In this document: positions 41,049 to 48,697 of the stretch, piece by piece | Layout of the letters: each line of letters opens with the position of its first letter | Numbering within the stretch: position 1 is the stretch's first letter | Assembly: GCA_051646145.1 (NCBI GenBank) | Contig: JBOFCQ010000087.1 | Coordinates: forward strand, 1 to 50,422 | DNA from: Hyphomicrobium sp. | Lineage (GTDB): Bacteria; Pseudomonadota; Alphaproteobacteria; Rhizobiales; Hyphomicrobiaceae | Direction: 5' to 3' | DNA: 50,422 nucleotides | The notes under the pieces: model-generated | The model's database searches: none | What the model was told of the DNA's origin: nothing | What the model saw: only the letters and a program-made list of their open reading frames with translations | Made by a program: the position numbers and the translations under genes

Positions 41049-42059
41049 TCAGGCGTGGCCATTGCGTTGCGCGGGCGACGCGCGATCTGGCGTGGTCGAT
41101 AGCGTTTCGCGTTCGAGTTGGTCGATCGCCTCGGCGATGATGCGGGCCTTGTCGAGTTCGCCGGCCGCGTTGAAAATCTCGCGCGCCTCGCCATACAGGG
41201 TGCGCGCGGCGCTCAGATTGCGGCGATTGCCGGCATCGGGACGGCTGGCGTCGTCGGGCAGGTTCCACAGGCAATTGGCTTTGTTGCAAATGGTATTGGC
41301 GTACTCGATGGGCATCGTCTCGGGTGCGCGCACTTTCAGGGCTTCGTCATAAGCCTCGAGCGCGCGCAGGTTGTTTTCGACGACGTGGCTCGATGAAGCG
41401 TACTGCAAAGCGTTGCCGAGATTATTCTGCAGCATCGCGTATTCGGCGGGATGGTCGATCAGCGTCACCACCTTCAAGCCTTCTTCGAAGGCTTGGACCG
41501 CAAGCGCCTCGCGCATCTTCGAACGTTCGTCGGTAAACGGGATCGACAGAAACGCGGTGGCGAGATTGTTCTGCAAGATCGCGAATTCGGCGGGGAACTT
41601 CATCCTATCGAACGTGCGCAAGGCGCGCTGGTAGGCGGCGATCGCGTCGGTGATGCGGGCCTTGTTGGCGCCGGCCAGATTTTGCAGAACCAAGCCGAGG
41701 TTCATCTCGGCTTCCGCCAGTTCCTCAGCTTCGCCGTGCTGGCGCAACGTCGGCATGGCAGCAGTGAGGGCGTCACGCGCCAGTTCGAGAGACGACGTGC
41801 CGCTCTCTGGCAAAGCTTGAAGGGCTGTCGCCTTGCGCGCGGCGATGCGCGCCGCGAGGAGGGCATGCGATGGCGGGCAGATTTCGAGCGCGCGGTCGTA
41901 GAGTTCGACGGCGGCAACCAGGTCTTCCGACGACTTCGGTTTGATCTGCAGGCCGATGGCGATTTCCATCAGCATCTCGGCGCGCTCTTGGGGCGGTGCC
42001 GCATCGGCATCGGCTGCCGTCAACGCGGCTCGCACCTGCTCTTCCACTGCAACGGCCAC
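41049..42059 (-). CDS. Tetratricopeptide-repeat protein
   Basis: Repeated AxLQNNLGxA...AxxxYxxAL; GGAGG before GTG at 42059. Confidence 0.85.
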   Translation of the reverse strand: MAVAVEEQVRAALTAADADAAPPQERAEMLMEIAIGLQIKPKSSEDLVAAVELYDRALEICPPSHALLAARIAARKATALQALPESGTSSLELARDALTAAMPTLRQHGEAEELAEAEMNLGLVLQNLAGANKARITDAIAAYQRALRTFDRMKFPAEFAILQNNLATAFLSIPFTDERSKMREALAVQAFEEGLKVVTLIDHPAEYAMLQNNLGNALQYASSSHVVENNLRALEAYDEALKVRAPETMPIEYANTICNKANCLWNLPDDASRPDAGNRRNLSAARTLYGEAREIFNAAGELDKARIIAEAIDQLERETLSTTPDRASPAQRNGHA

Positions 42060-42171
42060 GCGACACCCTCCCGCCGACGGCCATCTCTGCGGATGGCTCA
42101 CTTTGTTGGCGATGAGGTAAGCAAATTGTCACAGGGCTGTCTAGTGGAATTGCATAATGTAAAGTAAGTTA

Positions 42172-42483
42172 TCAGTCAAACGCCGATGGCGCGATGAGCG
42201 CTGCGCGAGCGTCGATCCACGTCGCCGGCAGCGTGAGTTCGACGTCATCGTCGATGCCGTTGTCGCGGAAAAAGTCGGCGGCTTGAACGGCGCGATCGCC
42301 GGCAGCGGTTCTCAGCTTCATGACGTAACCGCCGGCCGTTGGATTGCGCACGGGCAGAACGACGAGCGCGCTGCCGTCGCGCACCAGCACGACGTTGTCG
42401 AGCCGGTCGAAGAAGCGCTCATAAACATCGCCGGTGAAATAGAGCGTGCCGCGACGGATGGTGAGCACGCATCGATCGTTCAT
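42172..42483 (-). CDS. Hypothetical protein of hydrogenase cluster
   Basis: 4-nt overlap with the protease gene; natural composition. Confidence 0.75.
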   Translation of the reverse strand: MNDRCVLTIRRGTLYFTGDVYERFFDRLDNVVLVRDGSALVVLPVRNPTAGGYVMKLRTAAGDRAVQAADFFRDNGIDDDVELTLPATWIDARAALIAPSAFD

Positions 42484-43010
42484 TGCGGCAGCTCGTGCGA
42501 TCGCGCATTGCCCGTCGAGTGTGCGTTGGGGCTGGTGAGTGAGGGCGGCATCACCGCAATGCGCGCTTCGATGGCGCGTGCAGTGCGTTCCGCCGCGGCG
42601 GCGACGGGTGCGCTCAAACCGATGCCGAGCGCCAGGCTCTGGCCCTCGATCAAAAACGCGGTGACGTCGGTCGGGAACGCCTCCCGGTAAATCTGACGGC
42701 CGGCATGGATGGCGTGATCCCAGCGGAAATCATGCAGGTTCAGGAACGGCTGATGCTGGCTTTCGAGTTCGTGGCCGGGAACTTCGAAGGTGGCGCCGGG
42801 TGCCGCGCCTGTTGCGCAGCAATCGATGATCATCAGCGTTTTGCATCCGCGCGCGGCAAACATAACGGCCATGCCATCGGTGCCGGCGTCGAAGAGTTTG
42901 ACGTCACTGCGCGCGGATAGAACGGCGCTCTGGCGTAACATGCGGATGACATCGAGGCCGGCGGCATCGTCACTGCGATTGGCGTTGCCGCATCCGATAA
43001 CAGCGATCAT
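42480..43010 (-). CDS. Hydrogenase maturation endopeptidase (HupD/HupW-like)
   Basis: IAVIGCGNANRSDDAAG, DAGTDG, IIDC, LHD. Confidence 0.92.
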   Translation of the reverse strand: MIAVIGCGNANRSDDAAGLDVIRMLRQSAVLSARSDVKLFDAGTDGMAVMFAARGCKTLMIIDCCATGAAPGATFEVPGHELESQHQPFLNLHDFRWDHAIHAGRQIYREAFPTDVTAFLIEGQSLALGIGLSAPVAAAAERTARAIEARIAVMPPSLTSPNAHSTGNARSHELPQ

Positions 43011-43110
43011 CCGGTCCGATACTCCACGACGACAGCGCATGCCACCGCCCGACAAGCTGCCCAAAACGTTCGGCTTTGAAGCGGCCGCAGCAACGCGGCG
43101 ACGTCATCGT

Positions 43111-43437
43111 CTATATCCGCCACAGCCGGCACGACCATTCCGGCTCGACCGGGCAATCAAGCTCGGGCAGTTCACAATACTTGCGGTGCACGAGATAGTA
43201 CATGCATGTCTCGCACGGCTGATCGAGGCCGCCATGATTGATGGTGTGATCGGTGAACCCGCCGATGATCAGCCGGCTTTCAAGGCTGCCATCGCTGGCG
43301 CGAAGGCGGGCAATGACGTGCTGCACCTCGTCATGCGTATCGGCGCGCGGGAAGACTTCCGTTCTCAATCCTGACGCCAGCATTGCTCTGATGTCGTCGC
43401 GGGTCTTGTCGTCTTTCGCCTGCATGTCGTCGGTCAC
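43111..43437 (-). CDS. Four-Cys HiPIP-like protein, paralog 2
   Basis: CETCMYY...C...PEWSCRLW; GAGGT RBS before GTG; no signal peptide. Confidence 0.75.
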   Translation of the reverse strand: MTDDMQAKDDKTRDDIRAMLASGLRTEVFPRADTHDEVQHVIARLRASDGSLESRLIIGGFTDHTINHGGLDQPCETCMYYLVHRKYCELPELDCPVEPEWSCRLWRI

Positions 43438-43476
43438 GGCGCACCTCGACAGTCTTGCTGATGTTTTATCGAATGA

Positions 43477-43794
43477 TCAAATTCTCCACAGCCGGCACCA
43501 CCAGTGTGGTTCCACCGGAACGGCCAGCTCCGGCAGGTCGCACCATTTGCGATGCACGAGATAGTACATGCACTCCAGACAACGCTGCTGATCGGGCCCA
43601 TAGGGGTGATCGACGAAGCCGCTGATGACGAGCTTCGATTTCAGATCGTCGGGATCGAGTTGGCGCAGTTCGACGAGGATCGCGCCGAACTCCTTCTCCG
43701 TCTCGGGGAATGGCTCTGTCTGCGTCTCAAGACCCGCCGCCATCATATCGGCGATGATCTTGAGGAGAGCCTCATCCTTACCGTTCGCGCTCAT
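43477..43794 (-). CDS. Four-Cys HiPIP-like protein, paralog 1
   Basis: CLECMYY...C...PHWWCRLW; GAGG upstream; no signal peptide. Confidence 0.75.
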   Translation of the reverse strand: MSANGKDEALLKIIADMMAAGLETQTEPFPETEKEFGAILVELRQLDPDDLKSKLVISGFVDHPYGPDQQRCLECMYYLVHRKWCDLPELAVPVEPHWWCRLWRI

Positions 43795-43886
43795 GTCCCC
43801 CACCTCATCTCTGGCATGCGCCGTTTCCTGCGCCGCCCATTCCGAATTTTTCGTGAATGGACGGCGCAGCAAATGGAAGCCAGACC

Positions 43887-45485
43887 TTAGGCGGTCCGGA
43901 AGCGCGCGAGTTGTTCGCCGGTTTTTGCGTCGTAAGCATGAACCGTGCAGACGAGGCAGGAATCGTAGGAGCGGCAGACATGGCCGACTTCGACCGGATC
44001 ATGCGGATCGGCGATCGGAATGCCGATGAGCGCTTCCTCGATTGGGCCGCGCGTTCCATCCGATGTGCGCGGTCCAACGTTCCAGGTGGTCGGCGCGATG
44101 ATCTGATAGTTTTTGATCTTTCCACCCTGCACGTCGATCCAATGGCAAAGCGCGCCGCGAGCGGCTTCGGTTGCGCCCCAACCGCGGCCGTCCTTCTCGG
44201 TCGGCTTGATGTACCACTGATCCTTGAGCTTGAACTCGCGCAGAATGCGCTCTGCCTCGCGGTAGAGTTTGACGGCTTCATGCATGCGCGCGAAGTGACG
44301 GAGCATGACGCTCGCCCCGCCGAGATTCCTATACATGTCGAGCACCAGGGGATCGTGGTGCTGCCAGCTTTCGCCATGCGTTCCGCCGGCGACGAGCTGA
44401 CGCGACAGAGGTCCGGCTTCAAGGCGGCCATCCTGCGCATGCAGAACGGCTGAAGCCCACGAGTATTTGCCATTGTGGTCGATCGTATTCTTCTGGATCG
44501 GCTTGGTCGTGCGATCGAAGGGGTGCAACGCCTGCGGTTCATCGTACCACGCGTGTTTCAGGTCTTCGCGTGTGTGCACCTGTTCCATCAACTTGTGGGT
44601 TCCGGTGGCGCCGTCGAACACACCGCTCTTCATGATGAGCGCCGCATTGCGGCTCTCGATCGTCGGCTTGTTATACTTGTCTTCGTGCGGCAGGTAGCCC
44701 CACGAAATGTACTTCTTGTGGCCGCGCCCGTACTTGTCGAGGCCGATGTCGAGGCTCATGCGATAGAACAGGCCGAGATCAGAATTGGCATGTTCCGGGC
44801 GCTCGTCGAGCCACGCCATGAAGTCGTTGTAGGAGCGGATCTGCTCATAGCGCTCGAGCGAGCAGCCGAGCCAGATGTTTTCCAGCCAGTTGCGGCGGAA
44901 GTGCTCGAGGATCGACCAGGCGCGTGTGACGTCGGTCAATGTCGGCGCGCACATGACGCCGCCAGGCACCATGTAGCTCGAATGCGGCCACTGTCCGCCG
45001 AGCAGCGCATAAATTTCAACCGGACGGCCCGAAATCGTGACGCCGATCTCGTAGTTCTTGCCCGTGAACGGCGCCCAGCGTTTGACCGCTTCTTCGTAGA
45101 ACTTGGACTTGGCGTAGTTCTTGTTCGTGTAGTCGATCATGAACAGACCGTAGTGGTGGCGCGGCTGGCTCTGGATCGATTCAACGATCTGTCCGAGGTT
45201 GCGCGCGAGAATGGCGTTGCGCGGCACTTCCGCTTTCCATGCGGTGTCGAGCGCCCATGCGGCGCACGTCAAATGCGAGGCGCCGCAGATACCGCAGGCG
45301 CGCGGCGTGACGACGAGGCCGGCCTGCGGGTCCTTGTCGCGCAGGATGACTTCGAAGCCGCGAAACAATTCGGCGTTGGTCCAGGCGTTGGTCACGACGC
45401 CATTTTGAATTTCGACGCGGACGTCGAGGTCGCCTTCGACGCGTCCGACCGGCGAAATATCGAGTGTTTGTACTGCTGCTGACAT
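43887..45485 (-). CDS. Group 2a [NiFe]-hydrogenase large subunit (HupL/HucL-like)
   Basis: SPVGRVEGDL, L1 RACGICGASH, L2 DSCLVCTVH plus 16-aa cleavable tail. Confidence 0.95.
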   Translation of the reverse strand: MSAAVQTLDISPVGRVEGDLDVRVEIQNGVVTNAWTNAELFRGFEVILRDKDPQAGLVVTPRACGICGASHLTCAAWALDTAWKAEVPRNAILARNLGQIVESIQSQPRHHYGLFMIDYTNKNYAKSKFYEEAVKRWAPFTGKNYEIGVTISGRPVEIYALLGGQWPHSSYMVPGGVMCAPTLTDVTRAWSILEHFRRNWLENIWLGCSLERYEQIRSYNDFMAWLDERPEHANSDLGLFYRMSLDIGLDKYGRGHKKYISWGYLPHEDKYNKPTIESRNAALIMKSGVFDGATGTHKLMEQVHTREDLKHAWYDEPQALHPFDRTTKPIQKNTIDHNGKYSWASAVLHAQDGRLEAGPLSRQLVAGGTHGESWQHHDPLVLDMYRNLGGASVMLRHFARMHEAVKLYREAERILREFKLKDQWYIKPTEKDGRGWGATEAARGALCHWIDVQGGKIKNYQIIAPTTWNVGPRTSDGTRGPIEEALIGIPIADPHDPVEVGHVCRSYDSCLVCTVHAYDAKTGEQLARFRTA

Positions 45486-45548
45486 TGGAGGGCTCTCTCC
45501 CTGAGACGGCTGTTATTGTGATTGTTGAGCGATGGCGGTGCGGCTGCG

Positions 45549-46511
45549 TCAGACGACGAAGATGTCTTCCTCGGCCCATTTGGGCGACGCGGCCTTCGCG
45601 GCGGCAGTCAGCTTGACGTATCCGGTTTTGTCGACGCCGGTCGGCATGTCTTTGGGCACGCCCATCATGGTCTGCGTCTTGAAGACGGTGCCCGGCGCGA
45701 GATCGTAGAACGGGAATTCTGGCTCTGTGCAGCCCATGCACGGCATGCCGGCGCGCGTTTTCGACGACTGCCGGTTCCACAAGATGCGATTGCACGGCGA
45801 ATGCGTCATCGGTCCGCGGCAACCGAGATCGTAGAACAGGCAGCCCTTGCGCTGGCCGTATTCGGTGGCCGACACCTTGTAGGCGAAGTGCATGTTGCGC
45901 GTGCAGCCGGTCTGCGTGAAGCTGGAGAAGAACGTTTTTGGCCGGCCAAATTCATCTAGCGACAGGTCGCCACCGCGTCCGGTAGCGACGGCGACAACGA
46001 TCTGCGTGATCCAATCGGGATGGGCGGGGCAGCCCGGAATGTTGATGACGGGGAGGCCGGCCTTCGAGGTGTAGTCCTTGCCGAGGAAGCCGCCGTGACC
46101 GCGCTTCAGGAATTGCAGGCCGACGCTTTCCGATGGGTTCGGCGCGGTGGCGGGAATGCCGCCCCACGTTGCACAGTCGCCGACGGCAACGGTGAAGGCG
46201 GCGACTTTCGAAAGTTCACGCACCCAATCTTTCATCGGCCGGCCAGCGAAGCGGTTCCATTCGCCAGTGCCGTTCGGCGCGTTCACGACAGAGCCTTCGA
46301 AGACGAAGATGTCGAGCGGGATTTGACCGCTGACCACGCCGCGCAACATGCGCTGCAGGTTCTCGCCGAGTTCCATGCCAAGCGAGGGATGCCACAAGAC
46401 GTTGATGCCGAAATCCGTGACGAGATCGCACGCGCTCGGTTCTTCGGCGTTGAGAAACGACATGGTGTTGCCGGAACATGCGCCGCCCTGGAGCCACAGT
46501 AGATTGGCCAT
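45549..46511 (-). CDS. Group 2a [NiFe]-hydrogenase small subunit (HupS/HucS-like)
   Basis: WLQGGACSGNT (Asn at second Cys site), PGCPAHPDW, FTQTGC; no Tat signal or TM anchor. Confidence 0.95.
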   Translation of the reverse strand: MANLLWLQGGACSGNTMSFLNAEEPSACDLVTDFGINVLWHPSLGMELGENLQRMLRGVVSGQIPLDIFVFEGSVVNAPNGTGEWNRFAGRPMKDWVRELSKVAAFTVAVGDCATWGGIPATAPNPSESVGLQFLKRGHGGFLGKDYTSKAGLPVINIPGCPAHPDWITQIVVAVATGRGGDLSLDEFGRPKTFFSSFTQTGCTRNMHFAYKVSATEYGQRKGCLFYDLGCRGPMTHSPCNRILWNRQSSKTRAGMPCMGCTEPEFPFYDLAPGTVFKTQTMMGVPKDMPTGVDKTGYVKLTAAAKAASPKWAEEDIFVV

Positions 46512-46569
46512 TCGTCTTCTCCCTGATTACCCGCGAAGCTGTTGGATCCGCTTCTGAAGAGTTAATGAG

Positions 46570-46585
46570 AGCAAGTGTTGGGCCA
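46570..46585 (-). promoter_or_regulatory. sigma54 (-24/-12) promoter of hydrogenase operon
   Basis: TGGCCC-AACAC-TTGCT on the minus strand, ~60 nt upstream of the small-subunit ATG. Confidence 0.85.
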
Positions 46586-46712
46586 ACCCTGACGATGAAA
46601 TAAAAAGGCGTAATTTCAATATGTTATGACGCGACACCGTTCGCAGGTGCGAAATACGGATGGGGTGAACACTGCAAAGTTTGTTTGCCGCGGATTATCA
46701 AGTTTGCAATTT

Positions 46713-46726
46713 TTGATCTTGATCAA
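46713..46726. promoter_or_regulatory. FNR/FixK box
   Basis: TTGAT-CTTG-ATCAA, exact TTGAT-N4-ATCAA. Confidence 0.75.
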
Positions 46727-46736
46727 TGTGCGGCTG

Positions 46737-46964
46737 TCAGCCGTGGCGGTTGCCGCATTGCGGGCAGGCAACTTCGAGCAGGTAGCCATACCAGATGCGA
46801 TTGCAGCGGCTGCACCAATGGCCAGTCGTCTGCTCCTGCGGCATGCCGATGCGCGCGGCGAGGTCGCCATAGAGTTCCGGCTGGTTGGGCGTAGACGATT
46901 GCGCCGGCGCAACCTTCGAATAGGGAAAGCGGACAACGCGGTCGTCTGAATTTTCGTCTGGCAT
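46737..46964 (-). CDS. Small zinc-ribbon-like protein
   Basis: HWCSRC...ACPQCG; start overlaps the activator stop codon. Confidence 0.75.
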   Translation of the reverse strand: MPDENSDDRVVRFPYSKVAPAQSSTPNQPELYGDLAARIGMPQEQTTGHWCSRCNRIWYGYLLEVACPQCGNRHG

Positions 46965-48418
46965 CACGCAACGCCTTTTTCATTCAGCCCGTAGCGGCGG
47001 ATCTTATTGGCGAGGCCGACGCGCGACAAGCCGAGTGCATCGGCGGCTTTGCTCTGATTCCAGCGATGCCGGTGAAGCGTGCTCTCGACCAGATGCCGTT
47101 CCAGGCTTTCCACCTGATCTTTGAGGGTGTCGCCTTGCGGCGAAAACCCACCGCGCGGTTCAGCGGGGCGGCGCTGCGTTGCGGCGAGGACCGCAGGTGA
47201 GAGATGGCGCGTCGTCAGATACTCGCCATCGCCCGTCAGCACCACGATGCGGCGGATCTCGTTTTCAAGTTCGCGGATATTGCCGGGAAAATCATAGTGC
47301 GACAGCTTTTCAACGAGGCTCGCGGATAGCCCGAGGATCTTGCGGCCGGTGGCTTCGGAATGCTTGGCGGCGAAGAATTCAGCGAGGGCGGCGATATCCT
47401 CAATGCGATCGCGCAAGGGCGGCACCTCGAATTCGAAGCCTTTGAGCCTGTAGTACAAGTCGCGCCGGAATTCTCCGCGCGCCACGAGTTGCGCCAGCGG
47501 CCGGTTTGACGCTGCTATGATGCGCACGTTCGATTGCACGGTCTGATCGGCGCCAAGAGGCTTGACCTCGCCCTCCTGCAGAAAGCGCAGCAACGACACC
47601 TGGAACGACGGCGACACATCGGAGATCTCGTCGAGAAACACGGTGCCGCCATCGCCGGCGCGGAACAGGCCGAGGCGGTCTGACACGGCGCCGGTAAAGG
47701 CACCGCGCTTGTGGCCGAAGAGTTCAGACTGCAGCAATTCGTCATTCATGCCGCCGCAATTCTGGACCAGCAGCGGGCTGCTTTTGCGCGGCGAATTGTA
47801 ATGGACGGCGCGCGCCAGCAGTTCCTTGCCCGTGCCGGTCTCGCCTTGAATGAGGATCGGCAGGTCGGTCTTGGCCGCTGTCTTTGCGAGGTCGCACAGA
47901 TGGGCCATGCGCTCGCTGACATAGACGAGCTTTTCAAAGCGCTGGCTTTGCGGCTGAAAGCCGAAGAGATGCGGGGCGGCGAATGCCGAGCCCTCGTCGC
48001 TCATCTTGAATTCACGCGAGATGAGGCGATGCCGGCGCGCCAATTCGCGCGTTTCAAGACCGCGTTTGACGACAAGGACCGCCTGCTCGGTGTCGAGAGG
48101 TTTGCGCAAATACTGGTAGACCGAGGCTTCCTTCACTGCGCGGCTGACGCGCTCGGAGCCCTTGGACAGGACGAGCACGCGCATCACGTCGGGGTGCGAC
48201 ACGCGCATGCCGGCGAGGAACGCGCACCCGTCGAACGCCTTGTTGCCGTCTTCGCTGATGGCGAGGTCGATATGCACATCGCGGGCGATCTGAAGCGCAT
48301 CGACCTCCCCCTCAGCGGTCAGCACGCGATAGCCATGCCGTTCCGAGAGGAGGTCGATCAGATCCGGCCACGCCGGGTCGGAGGGCGCGACGACGAGAAT
48401 AGTGCTGGCGCGTTCCAT
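46964..48418 (-). CDS. sigma54-dependent activator, HupR/HoxA-like
   Basis: Receiver-like N-terminus, GETGTGKE, SELFGH, GAFTGA, FLDEI, PGNIRELEN, Fis-type HTH. Confidence 0.92.
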   Translation of the reverse strand: MERASTILVVAPSDPAWPDLIDLLSERHGYRVLTAEGEVDALQIARDVHIDLAISEDGNKAFDGCAFLAGMRVSHPDVMRVLVLSKGSERVSRAVKEASVYQYLRKPLDTEQAVLVVKRGLETRELARRHRLISREFKMSDEGSAFAAPHLFGFQPQSQRFEKLVYVSERMAHLCDLAKTAAKTDLPILIQGETGTGKELLARAVHYNSPRKSSPLLVQNCGGMNDELLQSELFGHKRGAFTGAVSDRLGLFRAGDGGTVFLDEISDVSPSFQVSLLRFLQEGEVKPLGADQTVQSNVRIIAASNRPLAQLVARGEFRRDLYYRLKGFEFEVPPLRDRIEDIAALAEFFAAKHSEATGRKILGLSASLVEKLSHYDFPGNIRELENEIRRIVVLTGDGEYLTTRHLSPAVLAATQRRPAEPRGGFSPQGDTLKDQVESLERHLVESTLHRHRWNQSKAADALGLSRVGLANKIRRYGLNEKGVA

Positions 48419-48697
48419 GGTCCCGGTATCAGTTCGGCATGAAAGGAAGTTTCCAATTTGCATGGAAACTTAACAATAAGCAGCCGGCTTGGGAAGCCTC
48501 CCGCCGAAAAAACCAGGATCGCGCGCCAGGATCGCGGTGCATGACGGTGGATCGCTCGTGCGTGGACCTGGGCCGCGTCGCGATCGCACTCTCTCATGCG
48601 CATCGCGATGTCTCACCGGCAAGCGCGCAAACAAGAACGGCGGACCCGCCTTACAGGTCCGCCGTCATTGATCGTCGCTATCGTCGTCCGGTATCGG

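Noticed and set aside
42105-42170. Internal sigma54 promoter before the TPR gene
   Set aside because: TTGCT is present but there is no GG at the -24 position; another promoter type remains possible.
27014-48418. Hydrogenase cluster as a tRNA-integrated island
   Set aside because: No integrase or attR seen, and the cluster composition looks host-like; cannot be supported from this window.
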